Assembly (NCBI GenBank): GCA_951406725.2
Contig: OX597814.1
Location: 156,116,001-156,180,000, forward strand
DNA length: 64,000 nt
Origin: Octopus vulgaris
Taxonomy: Eukaryota
Direction: 5' to 3'
A program made the position numbers and the translations under genes. The notes under the pieces are model-generated. The model did no database searches, was not told the DNA's origin, and saw only the letters and a list, made by a program, of their open reading frames with translations. This document shows, piece after piece, positions 12,725-27,300 of this stretch. The stretch's first letter is position 1. Every line of letters begins with the position of its first letter.

Positions 12725-13631
12725 TTTTTCTTACACTGGAACATTTCCTAATTTTTACAAAAGAATAGTTTATCTGTTATTTTCTCTCAAGTCTTTGTAG
12801 ATCAAGATTGACTGTGCTTTGATGAAGAGATCTATTATAGCCGAGCTACATACGGGTTTAAGATCGTTAACAATGAGCATACTCATCAAACCTAACAAAT
12901 CTGGATAAATTTTTTTTGCTCAATTGAAATTTCGAGTGCTTTTACTCTTGAGAACAGTTTTGATTATTAACTACTCGTTTTACTGCAGCTGTAATCTCGA
13001 CTGATCATAAATTATTGTCTCGCCACATTAAGTATGTTAAATTCCCATTTAAATATATGCCTGCACTTTACAAAATGTATGTTTTTAGGAAATGTTCGTT
13101 TGTGTTTGTATACACTTCTTGTTTATGCTATTTCTGCATTTTCTTTTTCTTCAGCTGAATATATGTATTTTTATATATTTTGTATGTACGTGACATTTGA
13201 ATCCTGGAATCCCATCTCCTTATCAGACTGAAAGGACCCTGATGAACAAGAAGGAAATTAGACAAGCGCATATTGTAAATGAAATCAATGTAGAACATAG
13301 AAAACATAGAACTCTTTGATTTTTCTTTAGCTTTTTGATATTCTTGTTATTTGTCATCCTCTTTTTAACACCAAATTAAGTTATTCTAATTTGTTTTTAC
13401 CGAATTCTCTTTTTTCCTTCTTTGATTTTTTATACGATACCGAAACCTAATTCTTCATCAAATCTTGAAATTCCTATTCTTTCTTTCATTATTTCTTTCT
13501 TCATTGTATTCCATCTTTGTTTCAGTCTGTCTTTTTGTTCCTTCCCATCTTTCACTCTCTTTTTATCATTCCCCAACTCTTCACCTGTCTCCCTCCCTCT
13601 CTATCTCACTACATCTCTTCCTCTGTCTGTC

Positions 13632-13696
<65 letters not shown>

Positions 13697-13962
13697 CTTT
13701 CTTTCTGTATTTGAGAACGACAATGAGAAGCAAACTCGATTACAAGCGGAAATAAGCAATAAGGCTAGATGTATCATTTGTTCAATGTTCTTTGCGTTCC
13801 AAATGCCAAAGAAATGAATTAAGCTATTTGCAATATATATTCGATACATTTCGTATACCTGCACATGCAAATGACTGTATTTTGTGCACAGTAGTTAATG
13901 ACATCATGAAATAAAACAGTGTGACACTAAGAAGAATAACGAATGAGAGCGAGTGCGTGAGC

Positions 13963-13993
<31 letters not shown>

Positions 13994-14154
13994 GAGAGAG
14001 AAAGAGAGAGAAAAACAAAGAGAGCGACAGAGAAAAAGACAGAGAGAGATAGGTGGGCTCCGGCAAGAGGAGATACAAACTGAATGTTATGTGATTTGTG
14101 AGCTAATAATTTGGGTGTAAATGGTTACATACACATGCACATGCATATGCACAA

Positions 14155-14191
<37 letters not shown>

Positions 14192-14362
14192 TTCTTGTAT
14201 ATATGTGCATATATGTATATATATATAGATCTATGCCTACAGTCGTTCATATATATATTTTTTTTTTTTTATTATATAGAAGGAGCTTCTACAGGACTAG
14301 AACTGTTGTGGTTAACCCCGACTCAACCCGGGACCTACACATATATATATATATATAGATAT

Positions 14363-14452
<90 letters not shown>

Positions 14453-14505
14453 GGATAGACAAGATAGATATATAGATAGATATAGATCTATGTCTACAGT
14501 CGTTC

Positions 14506-14565
<60 letters not shown>

Positions 14566-15304
14566 GTTTGATTGTGTGTGTTTGTATGTGTATGCGTGTG
14601 CGCTCACCAAGTCTTCACAACATGTGATGAAGGAGGATTCGTGTTTGAGAGTGAAAGAAACAGAATCGGAAAGATACTCAGTTGGATGGCGTTAATATTG
14701 TATCTATTAATTTATGACTATATATTGACACAATATCTCAGTACTTGCTTACTTGTGTATATATATATACAAAAGAAATTGAAAACAAAATGGCGGATTT
14801 CTGTTATAATGCCGTCTTTGCATTTGTATGCATTTCTGTTTAGATATGGTGGTATACTAGTTTGTGCTATACATATGTATATATGTATCCCTCCCTATAC
14901 ATACATGTACATGTACATATATATACATGCATATATATACAGAGAGAGGGAGAGACAGCGATAGACGGACAGTCAGAAAGGTTCGTATGTAAATGTGCGA
15001 TACTTTTTTATACAATCGTCTATTCGTATATTTTTATACGAAAACGTGTTATTTGGTTACTGCTATATAAAACTTAATTCGTGTGTGTGTGGATATGTGT
15101 CAGGAAACAGTTATTTATTCGTTTCTCTGCAATGTGAAATTTAGCTACATGTACGATCCTTCCGCTCCACACCGATTGTACGGTCACAGGTGGAGTAAAC
15201 CTCTTACTAGTGGCACATTAGCAGCGTTGTAATAAATATAAATTCTATCAGATTTCTTTAATGTTCTATCTGTCTATCTATCTTTCTCTGTCTCTCTTTC
15301 TCTC

Positions 15305-15387
<83 letters not shown>

Positions 15388-15425
15388 ATGTTTGTGTGTA
15401 TGCATGTATATATATATACACATTG

Positions 15426-15572
<147 letters not shown>

Positions 15573-16459
15573 TTGAATAAAGTTAAAACTAAGTCTGGTT
15601 CTCACGTTTTTATTATGGTATTTTAGTATTTAAAAATGTTTTAACTTTATTCAACTGATATATTATTCTATACACATTCACACAAATTCGGAATACATAC
15701 ATACATTCATACATACACACATACATACAGATATAATAATGCAAAATAACGAAGAAAACCGTTTGAGCTAGATTCATAAAACATACATACATAAATATAT
15801 ATACATGCATACTTACATATATGTGTATATATATATATATATATATAAAGGGGAACAAAGACTGAAAATATTCAGACGATGAGCTTTCATGTATAATACA
15901 TAGATATATAGACACAATCTTATACTCGTAGTTCATTAGAGAGATGGTGTAAATAACATATTGTGCAATCCCTAACATCCAATAAAGATGGAAGATGAGC
16001 TTCATTAGGTAATTGTTTAAAATAGGTTCTTCATTAGATCCTACCATTAATTCACTCAGTATGAGAGTCAATACCCAATGTACTATTTCAGCAATTTGCA
16101 GACAAAACTAAACCGATAGTTATAGTGATAGACAAAATACGAGTAATATCAAAATAGGAACTAGAAAAACAAAGAAACAAGCAAAAATGATCAGGTTGAC
16201 TATAAATTAATCTTCATGGTCTGATTATAAGGAAGAAAAAGTTAACCAGAATGAAAAATATGATTAAGACTCTAAAGATGATTAAGTGATAGGGTCATGC
16301 AGAGTGACCATTTCGGTGCTTATCGTCTATTTCTTTAAAGGATTGAAATTGCCGCCTGCCTTTCACATGAAAACATCTGGCTCCATACTACACTCGAATC
16401 AGCCTCTACATAAAGTTAATTTATGATTGCCTAGTTTATATTCCCTTTTTTTTTAAACA

Positions 16460-16490
<31 letters not shown>

Positions 16491-16504
16491 TGTATGTATG
16501 TATG

Positions 16505-16536
<32 letters not shown>

Positions 16537-16787
16537 ATTTTCAGGATCCGGCAGAGTCAGGTATCTAAATTGTAAGAGTACCAAGGTGCGCTATCTTTGA
16601 CTTGGTTTGGTCAGGAATAGTACACAATGCTTTCAGCGGTAACTTGGTTTGTAGGATCATTTTGTACTATGTTCTATTTTGTGAGAAATTCTAAATGTTA
16701 AATTTTCTGTTTATTCTCTTGAAGAAAACTTCTTTTTTTTTTGCATGATTTCAGGCTTTTGATTATCAATATCTCACACATCCTGAG

Positions 16788-16965
16788 AGGCGAGTTGGCA
16801 GAAACGTTAGCACACCTAGCGAAATGCTTAGCGGTATTTCGTCAGTCTTTACGGTCTGAGTTCAAATTCCGCCGAGGTAGACTTTGTCTTTCATCCTTTC
16901 TGGGTCGATTAATTAACTGCCAGTTGTGTACTGGAGTCGATCTAATAAACAGGCCCCCTCCTCCA
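16788..16965 (+). mobile_element. tRNA-derived SINE with Meta-like central domain
   Basis: ggcgagttggcagaaacgttagca..gagttcaaattccgccgagg..tttcatcctttc matches 45089-45325. A minus-strand fragment of the same family lies at 17043-17130. Confidence 0.85.
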
Positions 16966-16967
16966 AA

Positions 16968-17040
<73 letters not shown>

Positions 17041-17132
17041 CATATTTCTTTACACAAGGGGCTAAACACAGAGGAATTTGAACTAAGAACGTAGCGGCAG
17101 GCGAAATACCGCAAAGCATTTCGCCGCCATAG

Positions 17133-17162
<30 letters not shown>

Positions 17163-17167
<5 letters not shown>

Positions 17168-17458
17168 ATATTGGCAGGGCTTACTGCTAGGGAGTCGGCC
17201 ATATGCTAGAAATAGACCATCAACGGTCAAACTACAAGGAAATTCTCTAGAGGAAAAATACAGCGAACACCAGAACCAATTTTGGCGGGCATGACAGATG
17301 AAAATTTATATAAAAAACAGAATTAAATGCATACCTCGGTTTCAGCCTTAACAAGAGAATTACTTATGCAATCCAAATGTCCGTGCTTCTTCAGTGCATC
17401 CGTTCATATTTCTAGCATATGGCCGACTCCCTAGCAGTAAGCCCTGCCAATATACACA
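17163..17458 (-). mobile_element. 296-bp element with perfect 52-bp inverted ends enclosing a hammerhead ribozyme
   Basis: 17163-17214 is the exact reverse complement of 17407-17458. Confidence 0.85.
17325..17401 (-). ncRNA. Type I hammerhead ribozyme, canonical core
   Basis: ggatgca-CTGAAGA-AGC(38 nt)GCT-GAAAC-cgag-GTA^-tgcattt. Stem I has 5 WC + 2 GU pairs, stem II 3 bp, stem III 2 bp, and the triplet is GUA. Confidence 0.75.
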
Positions 17459-17554
17459 TATATTAGAATTTTCTCTAACTCCTCAGATTTTTGTATGCTG
17501 GACTACTGGTTTTAAATTGATATTAAAATTAATATTAATTTATCTCCCTCATTA

Positions 17555-17593
<39 letters not shown>

Positions 17594-18012
17594 CTGGTAG
17601 TGGTTCGTAATTCCAGTGATTAAACGTTGGGTGGCCCAATTAGTCTGAGAGCGACGTCACTGTGAGTCGTTATGACCAGTCCTCATTAAATTCTTAAGAA
17701 AAATTCCCAGCATACACAACAGCGGGTGCAATAAACACACATATATACACACATTGATACGTTGGTAGATACGGACACTCATACACACAGACATGCACAC
17801 ATGCACACGCACGCGCACACACACATACTCACACATACAATCACGTTTATTTTTACATTTATTTGAACAGACTCCTACTCGTTACAACGGGAAACGCATT
17901 CGCTGTGCTCTCTCTTTTAAAGGAGAGAAGCTATCTGTCTGTAAAACCTACTTATAAAAACACTTCGATCTAACTCCAATTTGTGTCAGCGGAGATTTCA
18001 AACATACATACA

Positions 18013-18084
<72 letters not shown>

Positions 18085-18237
18085 TTCTTTTTGTAGTGTG
18101 TATATTCATTATTCTTTTACAAGAATAGTATTAATAGTGTCTTCGGAGTTTCGGCTTACTTGACTTCAAAAAGCAGTTCGATGAAGGCAAGCAAGCCAAA
18201 ACTTCTAAAACTTTGTCAAGATCATTGTTGTAAAATA

Positions 18238-18303
<66 letters not shown>

Positions 18304-18304
18304 G

Positions 18305-18345
<41 letters not shown>

Positions 18346-18484
18346 ACACACACACGTGTTCAAACAGACTCCAAAGAAGCTAGTGTTAGTTTGCATCAGA
18401 TCCATTTAAAAGAAGACACGAAAAGAAAATGAAGATAAGGAAGTTAGCAATTATTGATTATTAACAAATAGGTCATCTAATTAA

Positions 18485-18488
<4 letters not shown>

Positions 18489-18517
<29 letters not shown>

Positions 18518-18665
18518 TGTATGTATGTATGCATGCATGCATGCATGCATGCATGTATGCATGTATGCATGCATGCATGTATGTATGTATGTATGTATGT
18601 ATGTATGTATGTATGTATGTATGTGTATGTATGTATGTATGTATGTATGTATGTATGTATGTATG
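18489..18665 (+). repeat. (TATG)n/(CATG)n microsatellite, representative of many simple repeats
   Basis: Direct reading. Similar tracts at 14360-14470 (AGAT), 16460-16533 (TATG), 22658-22905 (TA), 28352-28422 (TG), 41265-41334 (TTC) and 57760-58077. Confidence 0.95.
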
Positions 18666-21328
18666 AAATGCTTGATGGACCATATAGGAGAATGTGCTGA
18701 AGGTGCGAAGACTGAGAGTCAATTAGTGTTATTTACAAATATGAAATCTTTGCATTTAGATGTTTTTGAAAATATTTCCAATATATGCGAGTATAGCGCT
18801 ATAAATTCTGACATAAATTTAGAGATATATAAGAGTGTATATAAATACATTTTCATATTTTATCACGAGTTATATTAACTTCGGTAACGTTCCTGAATGT
18901 TACTTAAATTATCGTCTGTTTTAACGTACTGAAAATATATGCAGACACTCACATTTATATATTCACTCGGTTCTGTAAAAAAATAAACAATATATTCCTG
19001 GAGAAAAACTAATTTGGTCTTCTGTGGTGTTTTACGCAAGATTTAGCATAAATATAGCTATGTATTTTTCTTTTTAATAAAATCGAGTAAAATCTTCCAA
19101 AATGCAAAGTTGCATTTGCATTAACTATTGTGTTAAGCTTAAATAAAATAGAATTCTGTTGAATATTTATATTTTGTTGTAAGACAAAACAGAATTAATT
19201 TTGAAAAAGTGGCGGCAGATGTTTTCTCATAAGCTCAGATCAAATATCATTATTTTTGGTAATATTGTTAATTTATTAGCCCGAATTTCAGTGAAGTACG
19301 AAATTAGCATCTGCCTGATGATTATAACGAGAAGATATGAAGTATGAATTAATAATAGGGCTACCCATATGGCATGATTTAGACTACCTACTTGAAGCGA
19401 GATTCCCGTGTTGGAATCTTGGTAGATAATACTTTACGTTTAATTTTACTAAGAGCTCGGTCGAAGTGGTTTGTATATAGTAGTACAATTGTAAGAATTG
19501 GAACGAACATGGTGGAACACTGATGACAGACGAAATTTAATTTCTATTGATATGAGTTCTCGGTACCATTTAGGTGTGTAGATCGCTTCCAACATAGTCC
19601 TATAACACAAATAACGATGCTCAATTTAAAACATTTAAAAGTAATTGCTTTAGAAGTAAACGTTTAGAAGTAATTGCTTTTACTAGTTAGTCATGATTTT
19701 TGTAATCTCAATGAGACCGGTGACATTCATACCGTTGTTTTTGCCTGAGTATTCCTAAGATGGAAAAACAAGGACAGGTGATCCTGATATGATATTCTCT
19801 ATGTCGGCGCTCAACCTGGAAAAATTGTAGCAGAATTTCTCTGAAACCATAGTCTACTGTTTAACAATTGGTCATATTGTATGATGTCGTTCAGGATACA
19901 CTATATCTGAACATGAAGACGGTGTGGGAGAATCATTGTTGGAGTATCTTTTATCATTGATATACTTAATCAAAGCTGGCCTGGGACTGAGAAACAACTT
20001 ATGAACAAGGTGTATTGAGAATAATCACTAAGTCTTGAAATGGGAATTCTGCTGCATAACACTTTCTACAAACTACGTAATATTAGAAAACTGTCGGAGC
20101 TCTGGTTAAAGGAGGAAAAATTGTGACTTTTCAAATGAGTCAAAGGTTAGAGATATCACTGAAAAAAAAAAACAAGTTTGAAGTATACATTCGGAAGGAA
20201 GTTAACTATGTACTAGCACCTCTGCTTCACCTCTACAAGCGCATGTGGCTAGAAATTCTCCAAATTTTGAAGCGTTTAGACAGAATACAAAATTTACCCT
20301 GAATCCTGAGCAGTAAACCTCTAGATACCGCTGAAATACTATAACAACGAGAAATGAAATGCCTTGTTTTAGGACACAAAGTGCCGGCTGGCCCACGAAT
20401 CGATCCCAGGACCTTACAGCTCTGAGCTTATAACCACCTTCACATTGCCGTCCATTGCATGCTCTAGTCTACTAACATTAAATGGAAAATGGAAATCATT
20501 TAGCCAGCAATTTACTTGCGAGAAGAGGGCGTTTATCCTTGGCCAAATCTGACCAAACAGATTTATGATCAAAAACATTCCAGAAGTAAATATATCCATG
20601 TCTTTATAGATTAAAATTTCAGGAAGATCATGCTACCGTTTCTAACAAGTTTTGTTCCAAAAATGGCGTCCTCTCAGTTTATTTAATCGATGAATATTCG
20701 CGAAAAATATAGATCAATGGATTATGATGCTTATTGATAGTTTACAAGTTCAAGTAATGAGAGACAGAGATGGATAGTTTCCTGTGTCATCTTGACGGGA
20801 AAATTATCGGCGTTTCATTTTATATTGCTAACATTATGCTAACGAAATTATTCTCAAAATTCCTATTCTTTCTATATGTTCTTATTGATGATTATAGTCT
20901 AGCCCCTGGTTACATATTGAGCAGATATTATGTCAAAATATATCACTCCTGATCATTACATCTTATTTTCAAAGCCAAAAATAAAAGGCAATCATCGAAA
21001 TAGTGTCCTTCATTGGCAAACATATGTATTTGTAAATAGGTTTATTTACAAAAAAAACGTTCACAGCACTAAGCCGCAACATGCATTCACATGTCTTTCC
21101 CACTTGACAGTAATAAACTGGAATTTTTTTACTTGTATAAGTAACAATGTTAAGCTTCAATATGTTAATTAGTTATAAGCATAGTACTTCGAGGCAAAGA
21201 CTCTGGCATGTCCATGACAGCAGAAGATCTGTAAATCCATCTATAGAACAGTAGCGGAGGCTTATTTTATTTTAAGTAATTGTACACAAGTCTAATATAT
21301 TCATAATTCCTAGCCCCAACATCTTTAT

Positions 21329-21368
<40 letters not shown>

Positions 21369-21430
21369 CTATATATATATATATATATATATATATGGAG
21401 TTAAACGCAGGTGTTATTCAAATTCTTTTA

Positions 21431-21512
21431 CTTCCGACACATGTTTCGAAGATATCACTGGTTCCAAAGGAACAAAATGGTGTAAAACAATGTAATCTTC
21501 TCTTCAGGGAAA
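21431..21512 (-). ncRNA. Type I hammerhead ribozyme, canonical core
   Basis: tttcc-CTGAAGA-GAAGAT..cattg..(gttcc ttt ggaac)cagtg..ATCTTC-GAAAC-ATGT-GTC^-ggaag. Stem II is 6 bp plus an extension, stem III is the palindrome ACATGT, and the triplet is GUC. Confidence 0.85.
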
Positions 21513-21759
21513 TGAAGAAATGAAACTCGTCTCTCCGAAAGCAGATCAAGCCGACCTTATAAAAGACACAGAAAATTATTTTTGTCGTAAATTAAGTCTA
21601 GGAGAATTTTTCCAGGGTGTAAAATACGAAGGGGAGTCATTAGTGAAAATCAAACTAGATCTATGAAATTAGTATTTAAATTATTAAAAGATTTAAAAAT
21701 AATAAATTAAACTGATTGGAAGTACTAGTGAAGTCATTCCTTTTCTTTTTTCAAATACG

Positions 21760-21793
<34 letters not shown>

Positions 21794-22098
21794 CATATAT
21801 AAATATATATATACCCATTATGTTATTTCCCACGACTATGTAAATGTATGTTTCTTTGACTATTAGATTTTGCCTGTTCAGTTCTTAGACAGGTAAGGAA
21901 AAATTGCATCATAGATGTGATCTAAATATAAAGATTAACAGTCATTTTTGTTCAACTTTCATAGATACAAACATACATCCATACATAGAGACATATATAC
22001 ATACTCTGCACACGCACACACACACTTATACATATATATAGTTAGCACTGAAACACCTTTCAATATCTGCCATGTATTAGTGGGGAATAGAGAAACAG

Positions 22099-22167
<69 letters not shown>

Positions 22168-22654
22168 GTAAAGTGGGAGATGAGAAAGGGAACAGAGAGA
22201 TAATAATTCGTGGATAGAATGCTGAACACGCTGGAAATTGATGTGAAGCTTCGTGTAACTTCGAGTAGTGAGACTGAATCCCTTACAAAAGGGGAAATAA
22301 ACACATATCATTATAGCACGAAATGACGCCATAGGGAATTATTGGAGAATAGATTCCAGCAAATTGATTTCAACCTTCGGCTAGAATGGTAGCATTTCAT
22401 ATTGGTAATATCATTGTGAGGGGGGGATCTTAAATGCCACATCATTTTACTCTCTTTGCACATGCAAAATTGCTTATTCTCATGGTCAATTAAGAAATGA
22501 TTTATTCATATATGCTGCACGGTTGTTGACTCCCCTTATTGCCTTAAGGTAGTATAAATAATTCTACACTATCTCCCCTTTTTTCTCTTTATCTCTCTCT
22601 ACTTTTCGTCTTTCTCTATCTCTGTTTCTGTTTCTCTACTCTTTGTCACCCTTT

Positions 22655-22722
<68 letters not shown>

Positions 22723-22752
22723 AAATATATATATATATATGTATATATATGC

Positions 22753-22906
<154 letters not shown>

Positions 22907-23753
22907 GCAACTCAATAATAAATACTGCTAACCAAATATCTATATAAACTCTTTTTGCATGTATCTTAAATATTTTGCTGTTTTTATTTCTCTATTTTTT
23001 TCTTTAATTTCTGTCTTCTGTTTTTTTTTTTTTTTTCCCCATCCACTGTTTATATTTTCTATGTAGTTGGTCGATAGTAGCGATATCGCCCCAATAAAAT
23101 ATCTGTTATATATGTTGTCTGCAGCCACCGATTTGTTATTCAGCTCATAAAACAACGTTTCCGAAATAAAAGAATGTAAAACAAAATTATGGATTAATTT
23201 GACTAACTCTTACTTTTCTAACAAGATTTACGATAAGAAAAGACAAATAAATCAAGTAAATATAGTTGCACAAACAGTTTTGCTTTTTTTTTCTAATTCG
23301 GTGACTCGACAATATAACCTATAATGAATTTATCCATTGACTGAGATAGCATAATTCACAGAATATTCCGCTCTAGTAAGTAATGATTTTTTTTTCCTTT
23401 CTGGCGTAAGGCCATATGCATATTTTAAGAGAGAATCAGTTGATTGAATTGACCCAATTACTTAACTAGGATTTATTTTCGACTCCTAATGGATTAGTGA
23501 CGTCAATGTTAGCGAGATTTTCAGAACGTGGCGTAATGTAACTAATAACTAGAAGTTCATAATTCGCTGCACTGCTAAACCTAATACCCATTTCCTTTAG
23601 AAAAAAAAAAAAGGGCTTTCAAGAGATCAACAGCAGAAGTTTTCTTCACTACAAGTTTTCGGTGTGTGTTTATATGTGAGTATTGCATGCATGTATGCCT
23701 TTCCCAACACTTCTCTCTCCCCCTTTCTCCTCCTCTCTTTCTCTCTCTGTATG

Positions 23754-23789
<36 letters not shown>

Positions 23790-24257
23790 GTATTGGATTA
23801 GATTGTCTATTTCCAGTACACTACAGGACGAAAGACCCAGCATGTTCCTCCAACCACGTCTGATGTGTAGGCCGTGAATTTGAGCTTGAGATTATATTGA
23901 GATTATACATGGTTTGGCAGAAGGGTGCAGATTTTATACTCATACTCAGGATTAGTTAAGTCTATAACATTGACCCCAGATGTAGATTGTTTATATGTTT
24001 AACTATGAATTAAGTGCGGTAAAAATTCCTGAAAGATATCTTGTTTAGTTCAAGAAGTGCGATGTGAATAATTGATTATGTTGGGAGATATCCAGTGTAA
24101 AACAGGGTAGGTGTTTTCTTAAGATGAGTATTATGCTGTTGTACATGGAAAGGATCATGCATAAAAAATTACTCCGCTAATTTTAGACTGCACATCTATT
24201 TTTATGTCGTTAATGAGCGTTCGACAAACCAATCTCTCTTTCTATTTGTGTGCACCC

Positions 24258-24306
<49 letters not shown>

Positions 24307-27300
24307 TGTATATATGTGTATATATATATGATTATATATAGAATCATTGACACAGCTGCCGTGATAATTGACCACAATTCACTGACCTTGGAACTGAAAA
24401 CGTGTTAGTTGGAATATTACAACACGATTTTATATGCAGAAGTACTCATTTATGTCATTCTTCTTTCTTATATATATAAGACTGAAACTCTATGAATGCA
24501 TATGTTCATACAGGCTCACTTGTAGGGAGACATGCATACACAGATTAACAGTTTCGTCTAAACATATATTTATAGCTGGATCTTTTTAAACTTCTCAACA
24601 ATATAACGTATTCTGTGTTAATTTCTTTCAATCTACAAATATGACGGACAAGTTTTCCCTGTTCTTAACTGAAAGATGCCTTGTACTTATAAAGATTTTA
24701 CGTGAATGTACTTTCTCCTATTACCTATTGTTTGGAATATTTTCATCCTGAATTTGTTGATGTTCATGGTTGAGGTAACTTCGACTTAATAAAGGATCGA
24801 TTCTATGGTATTTATTACGTTTCAAGATAACGTTTCAGTCCTTCTACAGGAACGGTATATAATATAATACTTGACTTGCTAGAAATAAGCATTTCCTTGT
24901 TGGAAGAACATCAGTTAGTAATATTGCTAAGGCTACTTTTGACAATCCTTCAGTAACTATAAGTCGTTTGAAAATGTTCATGTAGAAGGACTAGACATAA
25001 AATTACAGGAATGATGTTGGAATGGAAAACGTTTCTGTGAATACTTTTAGACCGAGAGAACATTGTATTTGTGGTGTGAGAAATACATTTTGTGCAGCCG
25101 CCTAAGCTGAAGTGTTTGTTTGCGAGAAATGAAGCGTGCGGTTTAAGTAGAGAAAAGTGTAGTGTAACATATGTATAGATATGCTGTACTAGTGTAGTTC
25201 AATCTCATGTTGTGTAGCGTATCAAAGAAAGTAAAAAAAACGCAGAAAATAAGAAACAATAAGTTACGGTAGTGATGTTTAGTGATGTGTAAACTTTGTT
25301 GCGTGACCAAAAATATCTTTAATTTTAGCGTCATGTAAACTATTCTTTTGCAGAAATGCATTTACATGACTATAACAATTTCTGAAATCGTAAAAATCTC
25401 AGAAATTAGATAAGAAACAAATAGGTTGCTTTTGCTTTTACTATCACTTTAAGCTTCCTTGATGTAAAGAAGTGGGTGTCGCAAATTAGATATAAGCTGA
25501 AAGCCATGACGTTAGTCCATTGATGATTTTGAAACGAATTGAAACATGCTATACTATACTTTGTTATTGATGTTGTTTTTCAACCTCAGAGTAACCTAGA
25601 GCAATCGGATCTATAATTAAAAACATTACAGCTGTAGCCGGTATTCTTCTTTTTCTTAAGTCGGTGGGACTATTATTTAATGGAGTTTGGGCTATTTAAG
25701 GCAGATCTATTTCTAAAAGTTTAAGTGACCACATTCTTTCTGTAAAAATCACACACTTTCTAACCTGAATACTACATAATAATATTGTTATATTCCAGCA
25801 GCGCAAGCGGTGTCTCTCTTCTATATCAAAAACTATCTGATCCCTGTCATAAATTATACAACTGAGCAAAAATATAATAAAATGGTTTTCTCGAGTATCC
25901 CCATAATATTTAGCACATTTTTAAATATTTCTACTAGATGAAAAGCCAACAAAGCAGCTTCTATGTAATTCCAGTACTAACCGAAAAAAGCAGTTAAATT
26001 TCCATTAAATCAATGTATACTATTTAACGAAAAGGAAAAGGTCATAACAGATAGCATTCTCAAAAAAGTAGATGAAATGGTTATTGCTAGAATTCTTTTG
26101 ATCAGGACTGATCTGTGTTGAACAACAGTAATAATAAAATGCAAGAAATATTAGTTGTAATGTCCATACCTTTTCAGTAGCCTGCAAGATGAATAGAAAT
26201 ACTTATATCAGATAACGTATACACCTAGTTGTTCACAGGAACAACTGGTGTCAGTTCTTTTTTTATATTACCGACCCTTCTAAAGAATATTATCATTTTA
26301 ACATCTCTGTTAAATATCTCCAAGTTGGTTTCATTACATCTGAAACACTTTAGATTCACACCACCACCATCACCACCGACAAAACCAACACCACCACCAT
26401 CACTAAAAGACAAAAAGCAAAAATAGAACAAGATCAATAATGAATTGTGTTAACATCAATGGATTATCAATTCATAGCTCTCGATATATTGCTAATTCGA
26501 TATAACGTAATTTCTTTTCCTCTATTCACTGTTTTGTTTTCCCAACGCTTTTAAAATTCACCGGAAAATTGGGTGTTGTTCATAAGATTGACTTTATAAT
26601 TCTTTTTTTCGTTTCTTTTATATATTTACTTATATCATTTTGCTTTTAACTATTATTGCAAAGGAAAAATGATAAAGCAAATACATGAATAGAGATACAT
26701 TCCTATATGTATATATGTAAATATGTATATATGTATACATACGTACATATATATATAAAAAAAAATACTATATGTTTTTTTTTATGCCTGTGTTTGTATT
26801 AGAGCGATTAAAATCTCTTTAAAATAGAAAATGATAGATACTCTATTCTTTTGTTATGCCATGGAAAAGTATTGGAGAGAAATAATTTTTTTTTCGATAA
26901 TGTCAAAGGAGATTGTGTTCATAAAATTTTGTATTCCCAATATTATCACTTGAAACAACAGCTACGAAATTTAATATTAAGTTTCCACAAATTATTTCAA
27001 CAAACATGGCAGAGTTGAGAAAAAGTATGATACGCCTTTTGCCACAAATGCCTACCAATTACAAACGTGTAAACATACAAGAATACATTCATCTGTATAT
27101 ATACCTTTTTCCTCTTCCCGTCATTTTTTTCATCCTCTTCTCTTGTCTAACTTCCACCATTTCTCTTCCCTCTATTCACTACTCTTCTGTTAATATCTCC
27201 CCTTCACAGAGAAATGCTTCGGTTACACACGTTTTGCTTGTATTTGTAATGAAGTATTTCTTTTACATACGTATTTTTCTCTTATAAATAGGTATTTTAG

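Noticed and set aside
13238-13295. CTGATGA-acaa..ttgt..GAAATcaatGTA
   Set aside because: Too degenerate (extra bases before GAAA, weak stem I) to list as a feature; kept only as a trace.
14609-14703. Possible minus-strand exon (ttaatag acceptor, GTGAGC donor)
   Set aside because: Weak acceptor, no recognisable peptide and no partner exons identified.
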